DNA of 64,000 nucleotides from the NCBI RefSeq assembly GCF_963921235.1, contig NC_086097.1, positions 245,274,001 to 245,338,000 of the forward strand, written 5' to 3'. Made by a program: the position numbers and the translations under genes. Under the pieces are notes generated by a model. It saw only the letters and a program-made list of their open reading frames with translations. It ran no database searches and was not told the origin of the DNA. The DNA is from Mobula hypostoma (Eukaryota). Shown here in pieces: positions 49,888-62,440 of the stretch (the stretch's first letter is position 1; the number at the start of each line of letters is the position of its first letter).

Positions 49888-50895
49888 AACGCGCACAAGA
49901 TGTTGGAAGAGTTCAGCAGGTCAGGCAGCATCTACAGAACGGAATAACCAGTTGATGGCTCAGGCTGAGACCCTTCATCACAACAACATTGGATCCCAAT
50001 GAAATGTCTTGCCCTGAAATGTTGACTGTTTATTGTCCTGATTATTCACTTTGGTGGTAAGAACGGGAAGGCAGATTATTATCTAAATGGAGTCAAGTTA
50101 GGAAAAGGGGAAGCACAACGAGATCTAGGTGTTCTTGTACGTCAGTCACTGAAAGTAAGCATGCAGGTACAGCAGGCAGTGAAGAAAGCTAATGGCATGC
50201 TGGCCTTCATAACAAGGGGATTTGAGTATAAGAGCAAAGAGGTCTTTCTGCAGCTGTACAGGGCCCTGGTGAGACCACACCTGGAGTACTGTGTGCAGTT
50301 TTAGTCTCCAAATTTGAGGAAGGACATTCTTGCTATTGAGGGAGTGCAGTGTAGGTTCACAAGGTTAATTCCTAGGATGACGGGACTGTCATATGTCGAA
50401 AGATTGGAGCGACTGGGCTTGTATTTAGGAGGCTGAGAGGGGATCTTATTGAAACAAATAAGATTATTAAGGGATTGGACACGCTGGAGGCAGGAAGCAC
50501 ATTCCCGCTGATGGGTGAGTCTAGAACCAGAGGCCACAGTTTAAGAATAAGGGGTAGGCCATTTAGAATGCAGTAGAGGAAAAACTTTTTCGCTCAGAGA
50601 GTGGTGGATGTATGGAATGCTCTGCCCCAGAAGGCTGTGGAGGCCAAGTCTCTGGATACTTTCAAGAAAGAGTTGGATAGAGCTCTTAAAGATAGCGGAA
50701 TCAAAGGATATGGAGATAAGGCAGGAACTGGATACTGATTGTGGATGATCAGCCATGATCACAGTGAATGGTGGTGGTGGCTCAAAGGGGCGAATGGCCT
50801 ACTCCTACACCTATCGTCTATTGTCTATTGAAGGGTCTCAACCCAAAACATCAATTGTTGCTCTGGATTTCCAGCATCTGAAGAATCTATGTTTG
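49888..50895. mobile_element. ~210-bp Penelope-derived element with three hammerhead remnants, split by a CR1 (50041-50830)
   Basis: Left terminus gcacaagatgttggaagagttcagcagg; tail ggatttccagcatctgaagaatc; imperfect TSD atatgcccct/atatgctcct. Confidence 0.65.
50041..50830 (+). mobile_element. CR1 3' portion
   Basis: ctggagtactgtgtgcag, tggaatgctctgccccag; tail ctatcgtctattgtctattg. Confidence 0.88.
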
Positions 50896-51409
50896 TGATA
50901 TGCTCCTCCACTTTGAGTAGTTATGGGCCATGGGGAAGTTAATTGGTCATTGGAAAATGTCCCGTGATTAAGTTAGGGGTAATTAGGGTTGTGGGGGTGC
51001 TAGGCGATGTGGCTTGATATCATTAAATAAATAATTAAGTTTTGAGGATGCAGAATGGATTTTGTACGTCTTGAAGGAATAATTGAGTACATCCTTAAAT
51101 CATTTCTCAGTCTACCTGGCAAGTTAATTCCAGAGTTTAGATTAGTGTTGTTCAGGAGTCTGTGGTTGGGTAGATGAATGACTTGGCCTGCACAAAGTTA
51201 CAAAATCTTTTTGTTGGGATGCTGCCCTCAAGCAGAGTGCTAGTGTTGCATATTTGGAGGTTTTTGGAAATGGTGTAGGTGGTATTCTTTGCCTGCTGTA
51301 GATGGCTCATGCCTCAGAATCAGATAGGAGAGCAGGAATAACTGCTGCCTAGTAGACAATGGTGTCAAATCTGAGGTCTTGATCTTCAAACTCCTCTTTC
51401 AGCAAAGGC

Positions 51410-52255
51410 TGAGTTTCAACATCTCTGAAGATCTATCCTGGGCTCAACTTATTGATGCAATTACGAAGAGTACATGCCAGTGGATATATTTCATTAAGAG
51501 TATGAAGAGATTTGGAATGTCACCAAATATTAGAGCAAAATTTCTCCAGATGTATCCTGGAGAGCATTCTGAATGGGTGCATCACCATCTGGTTTGGAGA
51601 TGCCAATCCACGGGATCAGAAAAAGCTGCAGAGGGTTGTGAACTCAGCCAGCTCCAAAATGGGCACTAGACTCCTCATCATCAAGAACATCTTCAAAAGG
51701 CAATGCCTTAAGCAAGCATCGTCAACAGCAGATGCCATTTCATTGGCTCTTTACTTAATCCTGGAATACTTGGATAGTGAAGTTCCATACATCAGGATGC
51801 TCTTCATTGACTCCAGTTGGCTTTCAATACCATCATCCCCTCAAAACTAATCAATGAGTTTCAAGAACTTAGCCTCAATACTTCCTTGTGCAACTGGATC
51901 CCTGATTTCCTCACTTGCAGACCACAGTCTGTCAGATTGACAACAAATCTCCTCCACAGCTTCCATCTGCACAAGTGCACGACAAGGCTGTGTGGCTTAG
52001 CCCCCTAATCTACTTGCTTTATACTTATGACTGTGAGGCAAAGAACGGCTCCAATGCTATTGCTGATGACACCAGTCATTGGCTGAATCAAAGGTGGTGA
52101 TGAATCAGCATATATATAGGAGGGAGATTGAAAATTTGGCTGAGTGGTACCACAACAACAACCTCTCATGCAATGTCAGCAAAGCCAAGGAGTTGGTTAT
52201 TGACTTCAGGAAGAGAAAACTGCAAGTCCATGAGCCAGTCCTCATCAGGAGATCA
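51410..52255 (+). mobile_element. Two Rex1/Babar-like fragments
   Basis: ISEDLSW..; [44 protein letters not shown]. Confidence 0.78.
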
Positions 52256-55200
52256 GGTAAGTTGTCCTGTGATTATCGGCCTTCTGAAAACTGCAAGTCT
52301 CGTCAGGAATGATTCATTGTTTGAGTCAAAAGTAATAGAAAGGAGTTGTAAATGGAGCAGCCATTGTTGGAGTGGACCAGTGTTAGAGTGGTCCGGCTTT
52401 GGCTCAACAGGTTTCAGTGAGGACAGACTTGGGAAAGCTCAGATACAGATTTTAAGTAGGTTTCTCAAGTTTTTTTTCTGTTGGTACATAGCTGTCACTA
52501 CAGGTCCAGTTAGTGGTATGTTCCTTGTGCGAAATGTGGGAACTCTGGGAGACCTCCAGTCTCCTTGATAACTACATCTGTATGAAGTTCACAGAGCTGC
52601 AGTTCCTTAGAGACTATGTTAAGGAAATGGAGCTGCAGTTTAATGACCTTTGGCACATTCAAGAGAATGAGGAGGTAATAGAATTGAGGTACAGGGAGGT
52701 TGTCACCTCAAAGTTGCAAGAGGAAAGTACCTGGGTGACTGTCAGGAGAAGGAAAGGGAATAGATGGCCAGTGCAAAGTAGCTTTGTGGCTGTTCGTGCC
52801 AATAAAGACGATACTACTTTGGATTCTGTTGTGGTGGGGGGAACTTACCAGGGAGAAGTTGCATTAAGCAGGTCCCTGGCACTGAGTCTGGTTCTGTGGT
52901 TCAGAAGGGAAGAGGGGAAAAGAAACAAGCTGTAGTGATAGAGGATTCAGTTGTTAAGGGAACATCAGGGAGGTTCTGTGAATGAGAATGACACGGGTAG
53001 GATGGGTGTTGAGGACCTGCAAAGCCAGTTCAGGGAGTTGGGTGCTAAGTTAAAGGGCAAGAACTCCAGGGATGAGATCTCAGGATTGCTACCCATGTCA
53101 CAGACTAGCAAAGCTAGAAATAGGAAGATAATACCATATCCTGTCCACGATATCCTGAAGTGGGAAAGTGAAAAGCTAGAGGTTGTAGTACGTATTAGTA
53201 CCAATGACATAGGTAGGAAAAGGGAGGAGGTCCTGTAAACAGGTGACAGGGAGTTAGGAAGGAAGTTGAGAAGCAGGACCTTAAAGGTAGTAATCTCAGG
53301 ATTGCTGCCTGTGCCACGTGACAGTGAGTATAGGAATAGAGTGAGGTGGAGGTCAAATGTGATTGGAACGGGGGCAGGGGTTCTGATTTCTGAATCACTG
53401 GGACAGGCGTGACCTGTACAAAAAAGATGGGGTGCATTTGAATCCGAGGGGGACCAATATCCTGGCAGGGAGGTTTGCTAGGACTATTGGGAAGAGTTTA
53501 AACTAGAATCGCCGGGGAGTGGGAACCGAGTTGAAGAGGCAGAGGAAGGGGCAGTTGGCTCACAAATAGAGAAAGCTTGGACACAGTGTGAGAGGGAAGA
53601 CAGGTAGGTGATAGAGGGGGGATATGCTCAGACCGATGGTTTGAGATGTGTTTATTTTAACGCCAGAAGCATCATGAACCAAGTGGATGAACTTGAGCGT
53701 GAATCAGTACTTGGAGCTATGAGGTTGTGGCCATTACAGAGACTTGGATGGTTCAGGGGCAGGAATGGTTACTTAAAGTGCCCGGCTTTAGATGTTTCAG
53801 AAAGGACAGGGAGGGCGGCAAAAGAGGTGGGGGCATGGCACTGCTGATCAGAGATAGTGTCATGGCTGCAGAAAAAGAAGGAAGTCATGGAGGGATTGTT
53901 TACTAAGTCTCTGTGGTTGGAAGTTAGAAACAGAAAGGGGTCAATAACCCTACTGGGTGTTTTTTATAGACCACCTAATAGTAACAGGGACATCGAGGGG
54001 CAGAAAGGGACAGACTCTGGAAAGGTGTAAAAATAACAGGGTTGTTGTGGTGGGAGATTTTAATTTCCCAAATATTGATTGGCATCTCCCTAGAGTGAGG
54101 GGTTTAGACGGGGTGGAGTTCGTTAGGAGTATTCGGGAAGGTTTCCTGACACAATGTGTAGATAAGCCTACAAGAGGAGAGACTGTACTTGATCTGGTAT
54201 TGGGAAATGAATCCGGTCAGGTGTCAGGTCTTTCAGTGGGACAGCATTTTGGAGATAGCGATCACAATTCTATCTCCTTTACCATAGCATTGGAGAGGGA
54301 TAGGAACAGACAAGTTAGGAAAGTGTTTAATTGGAGTAAGGGGAAATATGAAGCTATCAGGCAGGAACTAGGAAGCATAAATTGGGAACAAATGTTCTCA
54401 GGGAAATGTACGGCAGTAATGTGGCAAATGTTCAGGGGATGTTTGCGTGGGATTCTGCATAGGTACGTTCCAATAAAACAGGGAATGGATGGCAGGGTAC
54501 AGGAACCGTGGTGTACAAAGGCTGTTGAAAGTCTAGTCAAGAAGAAAAAGAAAGCTTACAAAAGGTTCAATAAACTAGTTAATGATAGAGCTCTAGAAGA
54601 TTCTAAGCTAACAGGAAAGAGCTTAAAAAGGAAATTAGGAGAGCCGGAAGGAGCCATGAGAAGGCCTTGGTGGGCAGGATTAGGGAAGACCCCAAGGCAT
54701 TCTACAAGTATGTGAAGAGCAAGAGGATAAGACGTGAGAGAATAGGACCAATCAAGTGTGACAGTGGAAAAGTGTGGATGGAAGATAGCAGAGGTACTTA
54801 ATGAATGCTTTGCTTCAGTATTCACCACAGAAAAGGATCTGGCAATTGTAGGAATGATTTACAGCGGACTGAAAATCTTGAGCATATAGATATTAAGAAA
54901 GAGGATGTGCTGGAGCTTTCGGAAAGCATCAAGTTGGATAAGCCTCTGGGCCCGGATGAGATGTACCCCAGGCTACTGTGGGAGGTGAGGGAAGAGGTTG
55001 CTGAGCCTCTGGCAATGACGTTTGCATCATCAATGGGGACGGGAGAGGTTCCAGAGGATTGGAGGACTGCAGATGTTGTTCCCTGATTCAAGAAAGGGAG
55101 TAGAGATAGCCCAGGAAATTATAAGCCAGTGAGTCTTACTCCACTGGTTGGTAAACTGATGGAAAAGATCCTGAGAGGCAGGATTTATGAACATTTGGAG

Positions 55201-55990
55201 AAGCATAATATGATTAGGAATAGTCAGCATGGTTTTGTGAAAGACAGGTCATGCCTTACAAGCCTGACTGAATTTTTTGAGGATATGACTAATCACATTG
55301 TTAAAGGCAGAGCAGTAGATGTAGTGTATATGGATTTCAGCAAGTCAATTTGATATGGTACCCCATGCAAGGCTTATTGAGAAAGTATGGAGGCATGGGA
55401 TCCAAGGGGCAATTGCTTTGTGGATCCAGAACTGGCTTGCCCACAGAAGGCAAAGAGTGGTTGTAGACGGGTCATATTCTGTTTGGAGGTCAGTGACCAG
55501 TGGTATGCTTCAGGGATCTGTACTGGGACCTCTTCTCTTTGTGATTTTTCTAAATGACCTGGATGAGGAAGTGGAAGGATGGGTTAGTAAATTTGCTGAT
55601 GACACAAAGGTTGGAGATGTTGTAGATAGTGTGGAGGGCTGTCAGAGGTTACAGCGAGCCATCTTTAGGGTGCAAAACTGGGCTGAGAAGTGGCAGATGG
55701 AGTTCAATCCAGATAAGTGGTTTATTTTGGTAGGTCAAATATGATAGTAGAATGTAGTATAAATGATAAGGTTCTTGGCAGTGTGGTCGATCAGAGGGAT
55801 CTTGGGGTCTGAGTCCATAGGACACTCAAAGCTGCTGTGCAGGTTCACCCTGTGGTTAAGAAGGCATATGGTGCACTGGCCTCCATCAACCGTGGGATTG
55901 AGTTTAAGAACTGAGTTCAAGAGTCAGACAACATACATCAAAGTTGCTGGTGAACGCAGCAGGCCAAGCAGCATCTATAGGAAGAGGCGC

Positions 55991-56026
55991 AGTCGACGTT
56001 TCAGGCCGAGACCCTTCGTCAGGACT
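55991..56026 (-). ncRNA. Minimal type I hammerhead ribozyme
   Basis: Minus strand AGTC CTGACGA AGGGTCTCGGCCT GAAA CGTC GACT. Confidence 0.8.
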
Positions 56027-56324
56027 AACTGAAGGAAGAGTGAGTAAGGGATTTGAAAGCTGGAGGGGGAGATGCAAAATGATAGGAGAAGACAGGAGGG
56101 GGAGGGATAGAGCCGAGAGCTGGACAGGTGATAGGCAAAAGGGGATACGAGAGGATCATGGGACAGGAGGCCTAGGGAGAAAGACGGGGGGGGGGGTGAC
56201 CCAGAGGATGGGCAAGAGGTATATTCAGAGGGACAGAGGGAGAAAAAGGAGAGTGAGAGAAAGAATGTGTGCATAAAAATGAGTAACAGCTGGGGTACGA
56301 GGGGGAGCTGGGGCCTAGCGGAAG

Positions 56325-57341
56325 TTAGAGAATGTTCATGCCATCAGGTTGGAGGCTACCCAGACGGAATATAAGGTGTTGTTCCTCCAACCTGAGTGTG
56401 GCTTCATCTTTACAGTAGAGGAGGCCGTGGATAGACATGTCAGAATGGGAATGGGGTGTGGAATTAAAATGTGTGGCCACTGGGAGATCCTGCTTTCTCT
56501 GGCGGACAGAGCGTAGATGTTCAGCAAAGCGGTCTCCCAGTCTGCGTCGGGTCTCACCAATATATAAAAGGCCACATCGGGAGCACTGGACGCAGTATAT
56601 CACCCCAGTCGACTCACAGGTGAAGTGATGCCTCACCTGGAAGGACTGTTTGGGGCCCTGAATGGTGGTAAGGGAGGAAGTGTAAGGGCATGTGTAGCAC
56701 TTGTTCCGCTTACACGGATAAGTGCCGGGAGGGAGATCAGTGGGGAGGGATGGGGGGGACGAATGGACAAGGGAGTTGTGTAGGGAGCGATCCCTGCGGA
56801 ATGCAGAGGGGGGGGAGGGAAAGATGTGCTTAGTGGTGGGATCCCGTTGGAGGTGGCGGAAGTTACGGAGAATAATATGTTGGACCCGGAGGCTGGTGGG
56901 GTGGTAGGTGAGGACCAGGGGAACCCTATTCCTAGTGGGGTGGTGGGAGGATGGAGTGAGAGCAGATGTACGTGAAATGGAGGAGATGCGTTTAACAGCA
57001 GAGTTGATAGTGGAGGAAGGGAAGCCCCTTTCTTTAAAAAATGAAGACATCTCCCTCGTCCTAGAATGAAAAGCCTCATCCTGAGAGCAGATGCGGCGAA
57101 GACGGAGGAATTGCGAGAAGGGGATGGCGTTTTTGCAAGAGACAGGGTGAGAAGAGGAATAGTCCAGATAGCTGTGAGAGTCAGTAGGCTTATAGTAGAT
57201 ATCAGTGGATAAGCTGTCTCCAGAGACAGAGACAGAAAGATCTAGAAAGGGGAGGGAGGTGTCGGAAATAGACCAGGTAAACTTGAGGGCAGGGTGAAAG
57301 TTGGAGGCAAAGTTAATAAAGTCAACGAGTTCTGCTTGCAT
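56325..57341 (-). CDS. Penelope RT C-terminal/thumb + linker + GIY-YIG endonuclease (open for 338 aa, N-truncated)
   Basis: LPFLDLSV, YYKPTD..YLDYSSSHP, SQFLRLRRICS, CKRNKCYTC, VIYCVQCSRCGLLYIGET..RFAEH, VATHFN. Confidence 0.9.
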   Translation of the reverse strand: MQAELVDFINFASNFHPALKFTWSISDTSLPFLDLSVSVSGDSLSTDIYYKPTDSHSYLDYSSSHPVSCKNAIPFSQFLRLRRICSQDEAFHSRTREMSSFFKERGFPSSTINSAVKRISSISRTSALTPSSHHPTRNRVPLVLTYHPTSLRVQHIILRNFRHLQRDPTTKHIFPSPPSAFRRDRSLHNSLVHSSPPSLPTDLPPGTYPCKRNKCYTCPYTSSLTTIQGPKQSFQVRHHFTCESTGVIYCVQCSRCGLLYIGETRRRLGDRFAEHLRSVRQRKQDLPVATHFNSTPHSHSDMSIHGLLYCKDEATLRLEEQHLIFRLGSLQPDGMNIL

Positions 57342-57619
57342 AAAAATGAGTAACAGCTGGGGTACGAGGGGGAGGTTATTCTCTCACTCTCCTTTTTCTC
57401 CCTCTGTCCCTCTGAATATACCTCTTGCCCATCCTCTGGGTCACCCCCCCCACCGTCTTTCTCCCTAGGCCTCCTGTCCCATGATCCTCTCGTATCCCCT
57501 TTTGCCAATCACCTGTCCAGCTCTCGGCTCCATCCCTCCCCCTCCTGTCTTCTCCTATCATTTTGCATCTCCCCCTCCCCCTCCAGCTTTCAAATCCCTT
57601 ACTCACTCTTCCTTCAGTT

Positions 57620-57655
57620 AGTCCTGACGAAGGGTCTCGGCCTGAAACGTCGACT
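57620..57655 (+). ncRNA. Minimal type I hammerhead ribozyme
   Basis: AGTC CTGACGA AGGGTCTCGGCCT GAAA CGTC GACT; predicted cleavage after C57651. Confidence 0.8.
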
Positions 57656-58319
57656 GCGCCTCTTCCTATAGATGCTGCCTGGCCTGCTGCGTTCACCAGC
57701 AACTTTGATGTATGTTGCTTGAATTTCCAGCATCTGCAGAATTCCTGTTGTTTTTGTTCAAGAGTCAGACCCCACTTGGAGTACTGTGCTCAATTCTGGT
57801 CACCTCACTACAGGAAGGATGTGGATACTATAGAGAGAGTGCAGAGGAGATTTAGAAGGTTGTTGCCTGGATTTGCGAGCATACCTTATGAGACAAAGTT
57901 GAGTGAACTCGACCTTTTCTCCTTGGAGCAGCGGAGGGTGAGAGGTAACCTGATAGAGGTGTACAAGATGATGAGAGGCACTGATCATGTGAATTGTCAG
58001 AGGCTTTTTCTCAGGGCTGAAATGGCTAGCACAAGAGGGCATAGTTTTCAGGTGCCTGGAAGTAGGTACAGAGGAGATGTCAGGGGTAAGTTTTTTTACA
58101 CAGAAACTGGTGAATGCGTGGAATGGGCTGCCAGCGGTGGTGGAGGCAGATATGATAGGTTCTTCGAAGAGACTCCTGGATATGTACATGGAGCTCAGAA
58201 AAATAGAGGGCTATGGGTAACCCTAGGTAATTTCTAAAGTAAGTACATGCTCAGCACAGCATTGTGGGCTGAAGGGCCTGTATTGTGCTGTAGGTTTTCT
58301 ATGTTTCTAATACAGATTA

Positions 58320-61300
58320 ACACGTGACTAAGGAGTTGGTGCTGGAGGGAGGGCTTCAGATTTTTGGATTATTGTGCTCTCTTCCAGGGAAGGCGGGATA
58401 TGTACAGAAGGGATGTTTGCGACTGAACTGGAGAGGGACTACTATCCCTGTAGGAAGATTTGTTAATGCTGCACAGGAGGGGTGTAAACGAAAGTTGCAG
58501 GGGGCTGAGAACCAGACCACCAGAACAGATAGTGGAAAGGTTGTGGAGAAAGATGTTGTTAAGCTGACATGGAAAGTCAGGAATTGAAAGGTCGAGCAGG
58601 TTGGGACTAATGTTTTGAGTTGTAAGGAGTATTGTAGGAAAGGTGGATGAGCTTACATCATGAACCAGCATGTGGAACCATAGAACCATAGAAACTACAG
58701 CACAGAAACAGGCCCTTTGGCCCTTCTTGGCTGTGCCGAACCATTTTCTGCCTAGTTCCACTGACCTGCACACGGACCATATCCCTCCATACACCTCCCA
58801 TCCATGTATCTGTCCAATTTATTCTTAAATGTTAAAAAAGAACCCGCATTTACCACCTCGTCTGGCAGCTCATTCCATACTCCCACCACTCTCTGTGTGA
58901 AGAAGCCCCCACTAATGTTCCCTTTAAACTTTTCCCCCCTCACCCTTAACCCATGTCCTCTGGCTTTTTTCTCCCCTTGCCTCAGTGGAAAAAGCCTGCT
59001 TGCATTCACTCTATCTATACCCATCATAATTTTATATACCTCTATCAAATCTCCCCTCATTCTTCTACGCTCCAGGGAATAAAGTCCTAACCTATTCAAC
59101 CTTTCTCTGTAACTGAGTTTCTCAAGTCCCGGCAACATTCTCGTAAACCTTCTCTGCACTCTTTCAACCTTATTTATATCCTTCCTGTAATTTGGTGACC
59201 AAAACTGAACACAATACTCCAGATTCAGCCTCACCAATGCCTTATACAACCTCATCATAACAATCCAGCTCTAATACTCAATACTTCGATTAATAAAGGC
59301 CAATGTACCAAAAGCTCTCTTTACGACCCTATCTACCTGTGACGACACTTTTAGGGAATTTTGTATCTGTATTCCCAGGTCCCTCTGTTCCACTGCACTC
59401 CTCAGTGCCTTGCCATTAACCCTGTATGTTCTACGTTGGTTTGTCCTTCCAACATGCAATACCTCACACTTGTCAGTATTAAACTCCATCTGCCATTTTT
59501 CAGTCCATTTTTCCAGATGGTCCAAGTCCCTCTGCAGGCTCTGAAAACCTTCCTCACTGTCTACTACACCTCCAATCTTTGTATCATCAGCAAACTTGCT
59601 GATCCAATTTACCACATTTGTCATCTATATCAATGATCTGGATGATAATAACAATGGACCCAGCACTGATCCCTGTGGCACACCACTAGTCACAGGCCTC
59701 CACTCAGAGAAGCAATTCTCTACCACCACTCTCTGGCTTCTTCCATCGAGCCAATGTCTAATCCAATTTACCACCTCTCCATGTATACCTAGCGACTGAA
59801 TTTTCCTAACTAACCTCCCATGCGGGACCTTGTCAAAGGCCTTACTGAAGTCCATGTAGACAATATCCACTGCCTTCCCTTCATCCACTTTCCTGGTAAC
59901 CTCCTCAAAAAACTCCAACAGATTGGTCAAACATGACCTACCACGCACAAAGCCATGTTGACTCTCCCTAATAAGCCCCTGTCTATCCAAATGCTTGTAG
60001 ATTCTGTCTCTTAGTACTCCCTCCAATAACTTACCTACTACTGACGTTAAACTCACCGGCCTATAATTTCCCGGATTACTTTTCCATCCTTTTTTAAACA
60101 ACGGAACAACATGAGCCACTCTCCAATCCTCCGGCACTTCACCCGTAGACAGCGACATTTTAAATATTTCTGCCAGGGCCCCCGCAATTTCAACACTAGT
60201 CTCCTTCAAGGTCCGAGGGAACACTCTGTCAGGTCCCGGGGATTTATCCACTTTAATTTTCCTCAAAACAGCAAGCACCTCCTCCTTTTCAATCTGTACA
60301 GTTTCCATGGTCTCACTACTTGATTCCCTCAATTCCATAGATTTCATGCCAGCTTCCTTAGTAAATACAGACACAAAAAACCTATTTAAGATCTCCCCCA
60401 TTTCCTTTGGTTCCGCACAAAGCCGACCACACTGATCTTCAAGAGGACCAATTTTATCCTTTACAATCCTTTTGCTTTTAATATACTTGTAAAAGCTCTT
60501 TGGATTATCCTTCACTTTGACTGCCAAGGCAACCTCATGTCTTCTTTTAGCCCTCCTGATTTCTTTCTTATGTATTTTCTTGCACTTCTTATACTCCTCA
60601 AGCACCTGATTTAACCCCTGTTTCCTAGACATTTCATACAACTCTCTCTTCTTCTTTATCAGAGTTGCAATATCCCTTGAGATCCAAGGTTCCTTATTCC
60701 TATTCAATTTGCCTTTAATTCTGACAGGAACATAGAAACTCTGCACTCTCAAAATTTCCCCTTTGAAGGCTTCCCACCTACCAATCACATCTTTGCCAGA
60801 GAACAACCTGTCCCAATCCATGCTTTTTAGATCCTTTCTCAGTTCTTCAAATTTGGCCTTCTTCCAGTTCAGAACCTCAACCCTAGGACCAGATCTATCC
60901 TTGTCCATGATCAAATTGAAACTAATGGTGTTATGATCACTGGAACCAAAGTGCTCCCCTACACAGACTTCTGTCACTTGCCCTAATTCGTTACCTAACA
61001 GGAGATCCAATATTGCATCCCCTCTAGTTGGTCCCTCTATATATTGATTTAGAAAACTTCCCTGAACACATTTTACAAACTCTAAACCTGACATTGTAGC
61101 CATTAGTGAGACTTGGCTGAAGGAAGGGCAGGACTGGTAGCCCAATGTCCTGGGGTTCCATTGTTTTAGATGTGATAGAGCAGGAAGGATTAAAGAGGGA
61201 AGGGTGACATTACTAGTCAGCAAAAATATCATGACAGTGCTCAGACAGGACAGACCGGAGAGCTCGTCAAGTATTTATGGGTAGAAATGTGGAATAAGAA

Positions 61301-62440
61301 AGGTATGGCCACTCAACAGTCCACGGGATTTTGAGGAGAAAGTTTGTTATGGTTGCAGACTGTTGCAAGAAGTGTAAAGTTATAATAGTAGGTGATTTTA
61401 AGTTTGCATATATTGACTGAGACTGCCATACTGTAAAAGGGCTGGATGGGAAAGAGTTTTTCAACTTTGCTCAGTCTCAAGTGCTTCTAGTGTGATACTA
61501 AATCCCTACTAGGGAATGAGACAGGGCATTATTTTGCATTTTGTGATGATAATACAGTGCAGAAATTGCAGGGGCCATAGCAGAGACATTTAAATCACCC
61601 TTAGTGACAGCTGAGGTACTGGAGGATTGGAGGATAGCTGAGGTTGTTCCGTTGTTTAAGAAAGGCTCTAAAATTAATCCACAAAATTATAGGCCAGTGA
61701 GCCTGACATGACAGTGGAAAGTTATTGGAAAGTATTGTAAGGGAATGGATATATAAGTACTTGGATAGACAGGGACTGATTAGGGATATTTATCATGGTG
61801 TGTGTGGTATGTTGTGTCTAATCAATCTTAGAGTTTTTCAGGGAAGTTGCAAGGAAAGTTGATGAAGGAAAAGCAGTGGATATTGTCTTCAGCAAGGCAT
61901 TTGACAAGATCCCGCATGGTAGGTTGGTCAAAAAATTTCAGTCATTCAGCAGTCAAGATGAGATAGCAAATTGGGTTAGACATTGGCTTTGTGGGAGAAG
62001 CCAGAGAGCGGTAGTAGCTGGTTGCCTCTCTGACTGGAGGCCTGTGACTACTGGAGTATCACAAAGATCGATGCTGGGCCATGATTGTTTGTCATCAATA
62101 TCAATGATATGGATGATAATGTGATTAACTGGATCACCATATCTGCGGGTGACACCCAGGGTGTAGTGGACATCAAGGAAGACTATCCTGGCTTGCAGCA
62201 GGATCTGGAGCAGCTGGAAAAATGGACTGAAAAATGGCAGATGAATTTAGTGCAGACAAGTGTGAGGTGTTGCATTTTGAGAGGACCAACCAGTGTAGGT
62301 CTTACACAGTGAACGATAGGGCACTGAGGATTGTGGTAGAACAAAGTGATCTGGGAATACAGATCCATAATCCCTTAAAAGTGGCAGCACAGGTTTTTAA
62401 GGTTGTAAAGAAAGCTTTCAACACATTGGATTTCATAAAT
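58320..62440 (+). mobile_element. Old CR1 split by the younger CR1 at 58679-61088
   Basis: tgtggaacca|...|tgacattgtagccattagtgagac (W..DIVAISETW); FSKAFDKIPHGRL at 61876. Confidence 0.8.
58679..61088 (-). mobile_element. Young 5'-truncated CR1; ORF2 broken only by a 34-bp inversion and one stop codon
   Basis: ORFs 59625-61232, 59271-59624 and 58752-59258 are all in one frame; (catagaac)n tail. Confidence 0.93.

Larger units (their letters stand above)
55930..57755 (-). mobile_element. Young 5'-truncated Penelope-like element with an inverted pLTR
   Basis: Perfect 15-bp TSD gttcaagagtcagac at 55915-55929 and 57756-57770; arms 55930-56262 and 57379-57717; ~38-nt right-hand tail. Confidence 0.93.
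52320..58310 (+). mobile_element. Near full-length decayed CR1 interrupted by a Penelope element
   Basis: CSLCEMW..ICMK, ISTNDIGR, YFNARSI, VGDFNFP, SQHGFVK, QGSVLGP, KFADDTK; resumes at 57771. Confidence 0.92.

Noticed and set aside
59625..61232. 535-aa ORF as a complete protein
   Set aside because: The first ~48 aa are antisense read-through from the older host CR1, and the C-terminus is cut by the micro-inversion.
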